Source: Thermoplasmata archaeon
GTDB taxonomy: Archaea > Thermoplasmatota > E2 > UBA202 > JdFR-43
Length of the DNA stretch: 64,000 bases
NCBI GenBank assembly: GCA_021162065.1
Contig: JAGGZK010000049.1
Span: 11,952 to 75,951 of the forward strand
Direction: 5' to 3'
Each line of letters opens with the position of its first letter. Position 1 is the first letter of the stretch. A model generated the notes under the pieces. It was not told the origin of the DNA and did no database searches. It worked only from the letters and a program-made list of their open reading frames with translations. Positions 40,372 through 51,683 of this stretch are shown here, piece after piece. A program made the position numbers and the translations under genes.

Positions 40372-40386
40372 CTTATAAACTTTTCG
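40372..40386 (-). promoter_or_regulatory. BRE-TATA promoter-like element with no CDS downstream
   Basis: Minus strand reads CGAAAA-G-TTTATAAG. Confidence 0.5.
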
Positions 40387-40394
40387 GTTAATTC

Positions 40395-40607
40395 TACAAA
40401 TTTCGCAAGTAATTCTACTTCTATCCCAACGTTATTCAATTCTAAGTGAAGATTCAATCAACCATTCCAATCAGCAAATAAATATGAAATAAGTTGATGA
40501 ACTCGGAAAAATTTTAAGAAAAGGGAAAATACAGTCCATAAAACATATCAAACAATGGGAATCCTTCCAAATTTTATGCGGTCAATCTGTTACTTGGGAA
40601 ATCTGTA
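40395..40607. mobile_element. MITE-like / IS remnant bounded by imperfect 19-bp inverted repeats
   Basis: 40395-40413 TACAAATTTCGCAAGTAAT matches the reverse complement of 40589-40607 GTTACTTGGGAAATCTGTA at 16 of 19 positions; AT-rich non-coding interior. Confidence 0.55.
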
Positions 40608-41183
40608 CTAATATTTTACGATGTAATCATTCCCATATAGGGCACCGTTAGGGGCATAGTCCTTGACCAGTTCGCCGAGGGCACTGCTATAAAATCTCAA
40701 AGCTGTCCATGCAAATGTATTTGTGAGCGCATCCCCCGGTTCAGGATTTCCAATAACGCTCTTTGATATTTTCCAGGTAATGGTATCTGTTTCCAAGTCG
40801 AAGGAACATTCACATGGTTCAAGCCCTCCGTAATATTTTCCGGCAAATTGCTGTTCGAAATTTCCTGAAAATTGAGTATGGAAAACTGCCACATACTGGA
40901 TACCATTATACGTCCAGTGAACAGAATATATTGCCCTCAATAATGAACTGTATTCTAAGTTTTTAATTTTTATCGCTGTAAACAAATAATCTGGTTCATT
41001 TGGATCTTCATAAAACCATGCTGAAACAATATCTATATGAGCGAATGATAAAGGTAAAATAGCCAATGGTCCAAACACATCATTTTTTTCATCAACTATT
41101 TCTGGGTCACTAGAAATACATTTACCATTTATTGGAATTAACAACAACCCAATTAATATCAAGCATAAAGCTTTTTTCTTCAT
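40608..41183 (-). CDS. AT-rich secreted hypothetical protein
   Basis: MKKK plus hydrophobic signal; 191 aa; stop codon abuts a 19-bp repeat. Confidence 0.75.
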   Translation of the reverse strand: MKKKALCLILIGLLLIPINGKCISSDPEIVDEKNDVFGPLAILPLSFAHIDIVSAWFYEDPNEPDYLFTAIKIKNLEYSSLLRAIYSVHWTYNGIQYVAVFHTQFSGNFEQQFAGKYYGGLEPCECSFDLETDTITWKISKSVIGNPEPGDALTNTFAWTALRFYSSALGELVKDYAPNGALYGNDYIVKY

Positions 41184-41382
41184 GTTACTAATAGTTAAAA
41201 TCTTTATAAAAATTTCTTATAGCGCCTGGATAACCGATCTTGAATGAATAGTTTGATTTGCCCCAATATATATTCTACAGATTAAAAAGGTTGGATTTGC
41301 TCATCAAAACTATATGCTACCATTAGCCCTACTTCTCAATCTGAGATTGAATAGTTTATCGTGTGAAGTGTAATAACTATCG

Positions 41383-41401
41383 GTTACTTGGGAAATCTGT
41401 A
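41383..41401 (+). repeat. Exact direct copy of the 19-mer at 40589-40607
   Basis: GTTACTTGGGAAATCTGTA at both positions. Confidence 0.9.
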
Positions 41402-41455
41402 TGGTTATGCTGCAGTACCAGAGAAAGGTTTTAATTTCCCAGGGATATTACAAAC

Positions 41456-41608
41456 GTGGAGAAAAAGATATGTCCCATATGCCATGGAAAGGGATACATA
41501 ATAAATCCCCTGCATACACATTCTGAAAAATTGAAGCCATCCGACAGAACTCCCTATGTGGAAAAGATATGCCCATTTTGCAGGGGGAAGGGAGAGGTGG
41601 CGGTATAA
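41456..41608 (+). CDS. 50-aa DnaJ-type zinc-finger microprotein (absent from the ORF track)
   Basis: GTG start; KKICPICHGKG...EKICPFCRGKG; AAAGGTTTTAAT promoter-like motif about 25 bp upstream. Confidence 0.75.
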   Translation: MEKKICPICHGKGYIINPLHTHSEKLKPSDRTPYVEKICPFCRGKGEVAV

Positions 41609-41638
41609 ACTTTTAAAATCTCTCCCCCATATAATCTC

Positions 41639-42040
41639 ATGAAGAATTTCTATGATTTGAGGGTAAAGGACGTTATGAACTCATTTGTATGGGATATGCC
41701 CCTCATTGAAAGCGATGCCGACATAAGAACGGTGCTTCTCATAATAATCTCCAGATGTTATGTATGGGTTGTTAAAAGCACAGAAAGCATGGAAATGGTG
41801 GGCGTGATTACAGAGCACGATTTTCTCAAAATGTTCCAGAAGTTTGATCCCGATGCTACCGCAGAGGATTTTGCCACCAAGGATATAATATACTGCACCA
41901 TGGAAGAAAGCGTCGGGGATGTGATGGAAAAAATCAGGAAATATAATGTGAGGCGTCTCCCTGTGCTGGAGAATGGAAAACTGGTGGGGGAGGTGACACT
42001 TCGCAACCTTATAGGAAAATTCTACTCGCTCGTATCCTGA
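41639..42040 (+). CDS. CBS-pair protein
   Basis: VKDVM, VGVITEHD, VRRLPVL..GKLVG. Confidence 0.85.
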   Translation: MKNFYDLRVKDVMNSFVWDMPLIESDADIRTVLLIIISRCYVWVVKSTESMEMVGVITEHDFLKMFQKFDPDATAEDFATKDIIYCTMEESVGDVMEKIRKYNVRRLPVLENGKLVGEVTLRNLIGKFYSLVS

Positions 42041-42444
42041 GATTTTTTTCTCATCTCCGACATAACCTCGCATGCGGCGGCGTAAACTTCATCCACCCCA
42101 TAATCCTCCCTGTGCTTCTTTATGAATTCGTCCATTAACTTTCTCACCGTGGGTCTCTCCATCTTTTTTGCCATCCTTCTAAGGCTTTCCATTATGATTT
42201 CCCTGTTTCTCACGCTGGAGATGTGCTCGTTTATCTCCTTTACAACGGCTATGATTTCAAGTATGGAGAGAAAAAGAACGAAAGAGGCGTTTATGAATAT
42301 GTAGAACTCCTTTTTCTGCCAGGCGAAGATAAATATCTCAAGATCTATGATGAGAACTATAAAGGGAATTATGAGAACTATCTTCTCCAGTTTGCTCGCC
42401 TTGAAAATCTCGCCCATGAAGCTTCTGATGAATCTGTGTCTCAT
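42022..42444 (-). CDS. Hypothetical two-TM membrane protein
   Basis: Two hydrophobic helices and a charged C-terminal tail. Confidence 0.7.
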   Translation of the reverse strand: MRHRFIRSFMGEIFKASKLEKIVLIIPFIVLIIDLEIFIFAWQKKEFYIFINASFVLFLSILEIIAVVKEINEHISSVRNREIIMESLRRMAKKMERPTVRKLMDEFIKKHREDYGVDEVYAAACEVMSEMRKKSQDTSE

Positions 42445-42466
42445 CTAAAATGAATGCTCAAGAAGG

Positions 42467-43048
42467 TTAAAACTCTTTTTCCTCTCCGCTCGCCAGTGCC
42501 AGAAAATGCTCCATGCCTTCCCTTGAGCCGCGGGCAAAAAGTATGTCGCCGCCCTTCAACTCAACATTCTTGCCCGGATCATAAATCCATCGCTCCCCCC
42601 TCTTAATGGCGATTATCCACATCCCTGTCTGGGAGGCGAGTTTTACATCCCCTATTTTCTTATTTGCAAGAACTGAGTTGGGCGAAAGCTCCACCCTCAG
42701 CACCACTTCTTCTGACTCCATCACGCTCTCCTTTATTATGGGGTGGAGTTCCACATCTCTTAGTTCAACATCTGCTATATCCCTGGCGGCATCTGCTATG
42801 GCTTCAGAGCTTGCCCCCAGCTGGATTATGGCCAGCGCCTCATTGACTTCAAGCTCTCCCTTTTTCACATCCTCTATGGCCAGTTTCTGCAACCTCTCAT
42901 TGAGAACGTCTATGAAATTCTCCAGCTGATACACCTCCTCTGCAATGTCCCTGTTGTCATATATGACGGAGGAATATGCCAGGTCAACCATGAGTTCCGC
43001 CTTCTCCTTTAACTCCAGCAGCAATTCCTCCGCTTCCTTTTCACTCAT
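42467..43048 (-). CDS. PhoU + TrkA-C (RCK-C) domain protein
   Basis: ELMVDLAYS, IADAA.DIA, TGMWIIAIKRG..WIY.P; ATG 43048 overlaps the upstream paralog stop. Confidence 0.85.
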   Translation of the reverse strand: MSEKEAEELLLELKEKAELMVDLAYSSVIYDNRDIAEEVYQLENFIDVLNERLQKLAIEDVKKGELEVNEALAIIQLGASSEAIADAARDIADVELRDVELHPIIKESVMESEEVVLRVELSPNSVLANKKIGDVKLASQTGMWIIAIKRGERWIYDPGKNVELKGGDILFARGSREGMEHFLALASGEEKEF

Positions 43049-43668
43049 TCCAGCACCTCTATCTCTCCTTTCAGAAGCTTTCTCAGATGCTTTATGCCCT
43101 CCTCCGGCCCCATGCATATGAGCAAATCTCCTTCCTTCAACCTCACCCTTCCCTTGGGCCCGTATATCCACCTGTCCCTTCTACGGATGGCGAGTATTCT
43201 CACCCCCGTTTCGGAGGATATCCTGAGTTCGCTTATATTTTTCCCTATTGCCTTGGAATTCTCCTCCACCCTTATCCTTCTTATCACCTCGTCCGACTCC
43301 TTTATGAGATGGGGAAGTATGGGATGGTCGAGTTTATAGGCCAGAAGTTTCACCATGTCGGCGGCGGCGTTGGAGATGGTATCCGCGGCCTGGGCAATCT
43401 GAAGTATGCCCGCCATTTTTTCTGCATCCTCAGCGTTCCTTGCAGCCATCATGGCCATTATTCTTATCTCGTAGTTGAGTTTGTCCATTCTGACCTCGAG
43501 ATATCTCACCTCTTCGGCAATCTCCCTGTTATTGAAAAGTATGGCGCTGTAGGCAAGGTCAACTATGAGTTCGCTTATGTTTTTCATCTCCTTCAAAAGT
43601 TCCCTTATGCTTGTTGGCTCGTACTCTATCTCCTCAAATTCCGCCTTTTTCCACCGGGGAAGTTTCAT
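43045..43668 (-). CDS. PhoU + TrkA-C domain protein, paralog
   Basis: SELIVDLAYSA, TGVRILAIRR..WIYGP. Confidence 0.85.
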   Translation of the reverse strand: MKLPRWKKAEFEEIEYEPTSIRELLKEMKNISELIVDLAYSAILFNNREIAEEVRYLEVRMDKLNYEIRIMAMMAARNAEDAEKMAGILQIAQAADTISNAAADMVKLLAYKLDHPILPHLIKESDEVIRRIRVEENSKAIGKNISELRISSETGVRILAIRRRDRWIYGPKGRVRLKEGDLLICMGPEEGIKHLRKLLKGEIEVLE

Positions 43669-43858
43669 TTTGCAATACTATATGTTCTATACCTTAAATA
43701 GATTATGCCTCCTTCTCTTACAAAACAGCGAGATAAAAATTTGCTATCGACTTACAAAACATTTGGCAGGGATAAAAGGCAAGAATTAAAGAATCTCATT
43801 GGAGTTTCAAAAGCCACAAAAAATAAATATGGTGCTCTCTTAACTCTGTAGGGGTACA

Positions 43859-45193
43859 ATGAAAACAGATGTATTGATAATTGGAGGGGGGCCGGCAGGC
43901 ATAGTGGCTGCCATTACAGCAAGGCAGAACTACCCTGACAAAAGGATTCTTATAGTAAGAAAGGAAAAATATGTGGTTGTACCCTGCGGCATTCCATACA
44001 TATTTGGGACACTGAAAGATGTTGACAAGGATAAAATTTCAGATGGCATCCTTTTGGATAATGAAATTGAGATAATGGTTGATGAGATTGAAAGTGTTGA
44101 CCCCGATAATAAATTGGCAGTGAGCAAAAATCATGGAGAGATTTATTTTGAAAAACTCATTTTAGCCACAGGTTCAAAACCCGTAAAACCACCCATAAAG
44201 GGAATAGAGGGAAATAATATATTTTTTGTAAGGAAGGACCCGGATTACTTAAAAATGTTAATGAAGAAAGTTGAAGAAAGCAATGATGTAATAATCATAG
44301 GCGGTGGTTTCATAGGTGCAGAGTTCGCAGACGAGATAAGAAAATTGGGAAAAGGAGTCACCATAGTCGAAATGCTTCCCCATATTCTTTCCATCTCATT
44401 TGATGAGGAGTTCTGCGAATTGGCTGAACAGGAACTCAGCAGATTGGGGGTGAAGATTCACACAAATTCTAAGGTCGTTGAAATAAGAGAAGATGGAGTT
44501 GTTCTATCCTCTGGAGAGAAATTAAATGGAGATATGATTATTGTCAGTGCAGGAGCCAAGCCAAACATAGAACTGGCGGAAAAAATGGGACTGAAAGTAA
44601 ACAAAAATGGAATCGTGGTTGATGAATACATGCGAACATCTCATCCAGATATTTTTGCAATCGGAGATTGTGCAGAGAAGAGGGATTTTTTCACGAGGAA
44701 AATAAAACCCGTTATGCTTGCCTCTGTGGCCACAGCAGAGGCCAGGATTGCAGGTTCAAATCTATATAAAATTAAAGCCTTCAAGCAACTTAAGGGCACC
44801 ATCGGGATTTTTGTTACCAAAATTGGGGATATCTCAATGGGTGCTGCAGGGCTTATTGAAAGGCAGGCCATAGAAGAGGGCTTTGATTATGTTGTTGGGA
44901 GGAGTGAGGCGGTTGACAAACATCCTGGCTCTCTTCCTGATACAAGAAAAATAAAAGCAAAACTTCTTTTCACAAAACAGGGTGAATTCTTCTTGGGCGG
45001 TCAAATTGCAGGTGGAGATACTGTGGGAGAGCTGATCAATCTCGTGGGTTTTGCCATCGAAAGCGGATATACTGCATCGAGGTATCTGACTCTCCAGATA
45101 GGAACTCATCCTCTATTGACTCCGCCGCCAACGGCACCAGCAACGCTCAAAGCCGTAGAGGATGCTATACTAAAACTACACCATGGAAAATAA
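43859..45193 (+). CDS. FAD pyridine-nucleotide disulfide oxidoreductase (CoA-disulfide reductase/NADH oxidase family)
   Basis: GGGPAG, single redox Cys in PCGIPY, ATGS, GGGFIG.E, FAIGDC. Confidence 0.85.
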   Translation: MKTDVLIIGGGPAGIVAAITARQNYPDKRILIVRKEKYVVVPCGIPYIFGTLKDVDKDKISDGILLDNEIEIMVDEIESVDPDNKLAVSKNHGEIYFEKLILATGSKPVKPPIKGIEGNNIFFVRKDPDYLKMLMKKVEESNDVIIIGGGFIGAEFADEIRKLGKGVTIVEMLPHILSISFDEEFCELAEQELSRLGVKIHTNSKVVEIREDGVVLSSGEKLNGDMIIVSAGAKPNIELAEKMGLKVNKNGIVVDEYMRTSHPDIFAIGDCAEKRDFFTRKIKPVMLASVATAEARIAGSNLYKIKAFKQLKGTIGIFVTKIGDISMGAAGLIERQAIEEGFDYVVGRSEAVDKHPGSLPDTRKIKAKLLFTKQGEFFLGGQIAGGDTVGELINLVGFAIESGYTASRYLTLQIGTHPLLTPPPTAPATLKAVEDAILKLHHGK

Positions 45194-45296
45194 ATTTGGT
45201 AATTTTAAATTTGCAAATTTTTACCTTTTTCTTATTTAAGAAGTTGGTTTTAAAGAAATTGTTAAATACTTTTCCGCAATTCACCAATGATGCCCT

Positions 45297-47559
<2,263 letters not shown>

Positions 47560-47724
47560 TTTTTGAGCGTCCCCTCACTTTTATTTAAAATCCAGAATTA
47601 TAATTTTAGGGCATTCAGTATTATAATTTTGGAAATTCTAATTGATTAAAATGCAAAAATTTACAATTCAACACCTCTCAAATACAAAAAATTTATTATT
47701 AGATATGGCATTAACACGTAAAGT

Positions 47725-48762
47725 GTGATAAATATGGGAGTGAAAATTGCTAAAAACAGAGTAAATGAATTCTTGAAATACCTTAAAGAGGAATACATTC
47801 TTTATGCTCCTGTTGAGGAAAACGGTGTTTCAAAAATTTCTAAGATAGAGGATACATCGGACATAATAAATCTTCCATATAGAACACAAATATCTTTAAA
47901 ACCCATATTTTTCCCCCCTGAACAAAAATTTTTCAGGTTTGAGAAAAAAAATGGAGGAGTTGAGATTGAAGACTATCTTCCGCAGGAAGGTGATGATAAG
48001 AGCATAATCTTCGGCGTGCGTGGTTGCGATGTTAATGCTATTGAGGTTCTGGATAAATATATGTTGGATGAATTTGAGGATCCCTACTACAGGAAAAGGC
48101 GGGAGAATGCTATAATTATAGGCATCTCCTGTGACTATCCAAAAGAATCCTGCTTCTGCACCGCCTTCGGAGGAATGGTGCCAGAGAGATATGATCTCTG
48201 GTTTACAGATATTGGCCCCCATTTCTATGTCGATATTGGCAGTAAGAGAGGGGAAAAATTGATTGATGACAAATTTTTTGAGGAGGCATCTGAAGAAGAT
48301 GAAATGAGAAAAATTCGAAGAATAAACTCCGTAGAAACCAAGATAAATCGGAAAGTGAAAACGAATCTACATGATATAAAAAAATATTATCATAAGATAA
48401 AAAACAGGGCTGATGATTCAATATGGGAAGAACTCGGAAGAAAATGTGTCTCCTGTGGAAAATGCAATTTCATATGTCCCACATGCCACTGCTTTGACGT
48501 GAAAGACATGACAAATATTGACGGCAGTGCTGGAGAAAGAATAAGAGTGTGGGACTCATGTCATCTTTATGATTATGCAAAGACCTCTGCAGAGAATTTC
48601 AGAGAGGAGAGAAAAGCAAGGGTGAGATACAGGATATATGATAAATTTGTTTTTCCGGTTATGAGATACGGTGTCTATGCATGCACTGGATGTGGAAGAT
48701 GTAGTGAGGTTTGTCCTGCCGGAATAGATATCCATGCAGTTGTAAGGAGGTTGATAAAATGA
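47725..48762 (+). CDS. hydB: Group 3b hydrogenase Fe-S subunit (beta)
   Basis: GVRGCD, CFC, CVSCGKC..CPTCHC, CTGCGRC..CP. Confidence 0.88.
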   Translation: MINMGVKIAKNRVNEFLKYLKEEYILYAPVEENGVSKISKIEDTSDIINLPYRTQISLKPIFFPPEQKFFRFEKKNGGVEIEDYLPQEGDDKSIIFGVRGCDVNAIEVLDKYMLDEFEDPYYRKRRENAIIIGISCDYPKESCFCTAFGGMVPERYDLWFTDIGPHFYVDIGSKRGEKLIDDKFFEEASEEDEMRKIRRINSVETKINRKVKTNLHDIKKYYHKIKNRADDSIWEELGRKCVSCGKCNFICPTCHCFDVKDMTNIDGSAGERIRVWDSCHLYDYAKTSAENFREERKARVRYRIYDKFVFPVMRYGVYACTGCGRCSEVCPAGIDIHAVVRRLIK

Positions 48763-49574
48763 ATAATCCATATCTTCCTGCTGTAGCCAGAATAACTGAT
48801 ATAATAGAGGAAACCCCAGATACAAAAACTTTTGTTATATCATCGCCCCTCAAATTCAAACCCGGACAGTTTGTGGAACTCAGCATTTTTGGATATGGAG
48901 AGGCACCAATATCAATTTCTGGTGGAAATGAAAAAAGTATAGATTTAACAATAAGAGCTGTGGGAAACATTACAAAAAAGATTCACAGGATGAACGTGGG
49001 AGATTATGTTGGAATAAGAGGGCCCTTTGGCAATGGATGGCCCGTAGAAAGGGCGGAGGGAAGGAATCTCCTCATAGCAGCAGGCGGCATAGGTCTGGCA
49101 CCATTAAAGCCCGTAATCGAGTATGTTTGCAACAACAGAAAAAAGTTCAGGAATGTGACATTGCTCTATGGCGCAAGAAAACCCTCTCTGATGCTTTTCA
49201 AATACAAATTAGAGGAATGGTCAAAACACATGGATGTTCTGTTAACAGTGGACGAGCCAGAAGAAGGTTGGAAAGGGAATGTGGGCGTTGTAACAACACT
49301 TTGTGACAGGATAAAACACGTTTCAGATACTGTAACACTGATGTGTGGCCCACCCATAATGATGAAGTACACATCCATTTCCCTTATGGAACTCGGCTTT
49401 CCAACAGGCGAGATGTATCTATCTCTGGAAAGGAATATGAAATGTGGCATAGGAATATGCGGGCATTGCGCCGTCGGCGGCCTGTATGTTTGCAGAGATG
49501 GCCCTGTATTCTCCCTGAATGACGCCCTTAAACTTATTGAAAAGCCGCACGAGGTGCAGGGGGTGATAGATTGA
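48759..49574 (+). CDS. hydG: Group 3b hydrogenase FAD/NAD(P) subunit (gamma)
   Basis: PGQF, GEAPISI, RGPFGNGW, GGIGLAP, MKCGIGICGHC..C.DGP. Confidence 0.88.
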   Translation: MNNPYLPAVARITDIIEETPDTKTFVISSPLKFKPGQFVELSIFGYGEAPISISGGNEKSIDLTIRAVGNITKKIHRMNVGDYVGIRGPFGNGWPVERAEGRNLLIAAGGIGLAPLKPVIEYVCNNRKKFRNVTLLYGARKPSLMLFKYKLEEWSKHMDVLLTVDEPEEGWKGNVGVVTTLCDRIKHVSDTVTLMCGPPIMMKYTSISLMELGFPTGEMYLSLERNMKCGIGICGHCAVGGLYVCRDGPVFSLNDALKLIEKPHEVQGVID

Positions 49575-50317
49575 ATATAGGCATATTTTCTCTTTCATGC
49601 TGCGAGGGTTGCTCTGTGCAATTTCTCAACTTGGAGGCAAAAATTCTTGAAATTCTTAAATACCTAAATATAAAAAATTTCAGGCTCGCCAAAGAGTACA
49701 ACGAGATGCCCGTAGATATAGCCTTTGTGGAAGGAACACCGACAACAAGAGAAGAGGTACTAAAATTACTTACGATACGAAAGGAGAGTAAAATACTGGT
49801 GGCTCTGGGAACATGTGCCGTCACTGGAGGAGTGCCTGGACTGGTAAACATGATGGCCAAAAAGGAAGCCATGGAGGTTTATGATGGTTTTCCTCCAGAT
49901 GTGCCCATAGATCCCAAACCGTTGGAATACTATGTAAATGTGGACTACAACATTTATGGATGCACCTTCTCAAAAGACGAGTTGATTGAACTCATAACCT
50001 CACTTATTATTGGTAAAGAATACCGGGATAAGGAATACAGCGTGTGTGTGGAATGCTCCCTGCGAGAGAATAACTGTCTCCTTGATGATGGCCATCTATG
50101 TTTGGGGCCCATAACAAGGGGCGGCTGCAAGGCACTCTGCCCAAATAATGGAAAAATGTGCCTTGGTTGCCGCGGCCCATATGAGGATGCCAATATCAAG
50201 GGACATATAAAGATTCTTCAGGATATGGGATTCACCAAAGATGAAATAATAGAGAGTCTTTCCCTTTTTTCATATGAAAAATTTAAGGAGGTTATATCAT
50301 GGCTAAAAGAAGAATAA
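49571..50317 (+). CDS. hydD: Group 3b hydrogenase small subunit (delta)
   Basis: CCEGC, GTCA..GG, GC, VC.EC..C..CLGP.T.GGC.A.CP..C.GCRGP. Confidence 0.88.
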   Translation: MNIGIFSLSCCEGCSVQFLNLEAKILEILKYLNIKNFRLAKEYNEMPVDIAFVEGTPTTREEVLKLLTIRKESKILVALGTCAVTGGVPGLVNMMAKKEAMEVYDGFPPDVPIDPKPLEYYVNVDYNIYGCTFSKDELIELITSLIIGKEYRDKEYSVCVECSLRENNCLLDDGHLCLGPITRGGCKALCPNNGKMCLGCRGPYEDANIKGHIKILQDMGFTKDEIIESLSLFSYEKFKEVISWLKEE

Positions 50318-51564
50318 GCATTAAGGAGATAACAAAAATAGAGGGACATGCCAATCTTAGTGTAGAACTGGAAGATGACAAAATCAGGCGTGTGATATTT
50401 GGTGTTCACGAGGGTTCACGATACTTTGAAGCATTTATGAAAGGGAAAAATTACATGTATATCCATGAGCTGGCAGGTAAAGTGTGTGGGATATGCACCG
50501 TAGCCCATGAACTTGCAAGCATAAAAGCTGTAGAAAATGCCTTGGAGATTGAAGTTCCAGAAAATGTAGAGAGAATAAGAGAGATGATGCTCATAAGCTC
50601 CCACATCCAGAGCCACATTCTCCACCTCTACTTTCTTGCCCTCCCTGATTATGTAAATGCCGAGAGTGCAATAGAGATGGCTGAAAGAGATTATGACCTT
50701 GTCAAAAAGGCATTTCGCATAAAGGAGGCGACAAATTACATGACAGCACTGCTTGGGGGAAGGGAAGTGCAACCCTGCACTCTGGTTCCAGGAGGATTCA
50801 GTAAAAGAATAACCAAGGATGTGATAGAAAGATACATAAAAAAAATGAAAGAAATATATCCCCTTCTGGTGGAAACGGCTGAACTGTTTTCATCTCTCGA
50901 ATACCCACACTTCGAAAGAAAGAGCGATTATGTATCGCTTTACGATGGAAAAAGCATACCTCTCTATAATGGAAAAATAAAAACTCTTCATATGGAATTT
51001 GAAGGCGAGGAATATGAAAAGCATTTTGAGGAATATGTGGTGAATTACTCCTCTGCCAAGAGATCGTTAGTTGGAGGGAGGGATTACATGGTGGGCGCCC
51101 TCGCCAGATTGAATATAAATCCATATCTTAGGGAAGAGGCGAAGGATATCGCCCTCTCCTATTCCATTAAATTCCCCAGCGATAGAGTTGCCTGGATAAA
51201 TGTTGCCCAAGCCATAGAGAATGTGCATTACGCCATAGAAGCCATGGAAATAGCAGATAATGTTAAGGAATATGAGCCGATGCACATTTCTCCCAAAAAT
51301 ATTGATGGAGAAGGAATATCTGCTATTGAAGCGCCCAGAGGATTGCTGATTCACCATTACAAATTTAAGAATGGCAAATGCACCTATGCAAATATAATAA
51401 CTCCCACTGCCATGAATACAGAGAACATCGAAAGGAATCTGGAGGAATACCTTAAAGATATTGCAGGAGAAAGTGACGAAGTCATAAAAAAGGAAGCTGA
51501 GAAGATAATACGGGCTTATGACCCCTGTATTTCCTGTTCTGTACATGTGATCAGGACAAAATAG
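50299..51564 (+). CDS. hydA: Group 3b [NiFe] hydrogenase large subunit (alpha)
   Basis: IEGH, L1 KVCGIC, EAPRG, L2 DPCISCSVH plus a 5-aa extension. Confidence 0.9.
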   Translation: MAKRRISIKEITKIEGHANLSVELEDDKIRRVIFGVHEGSRYFEAFMKGKNYMYIHELAGKVCGICTVAHELASIKAVENALEIEVPENVERIREMMLISSHIQSHILHLYFLALPDYVNAESAIEMAERDYDLVKKAFRIKEATNYMTALLGGREVQPCTLVPGGFSKRITKDVIERYIKKMKEIYPLLVETAELFSSLEYPHFERKSDYVSLYDGKSIPLYNGKIKTLHMEFEGEEYEKHFEEYVVNYSSAKRSLVGGRDYMVGALARLNINPYLREEAKDIALSYSIKFPSDRVAWINVAQAIENVHYAIEAMEIADNVKEYEPMHISPKNIDGEGISAIEAPRGLLIHHYKFKNGKCTYANIITPTAMNTENIERNLEEYLKDIAGESDEVIKKEAEKIIRAYDPCISCSVHVIRTK

Positions 51565-51683
51565 TTCAGCCCTTCCTTTCCTCCTCACCCCCAAAAATTG
51601 ATAATGAAATCCACGCATGCAATAATCTCATCAAGCGAAACTATTATAGGCACAAAGAATATAACGTATTAAGAGGGATAAAA

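Noticed and set aside
40500..41401. Integron attC sites
   Set aside because: No RYYYAAC...GTTRRRY pair with a foldable bottom strand seen and no intI; the inverted third copy fits IS ends better
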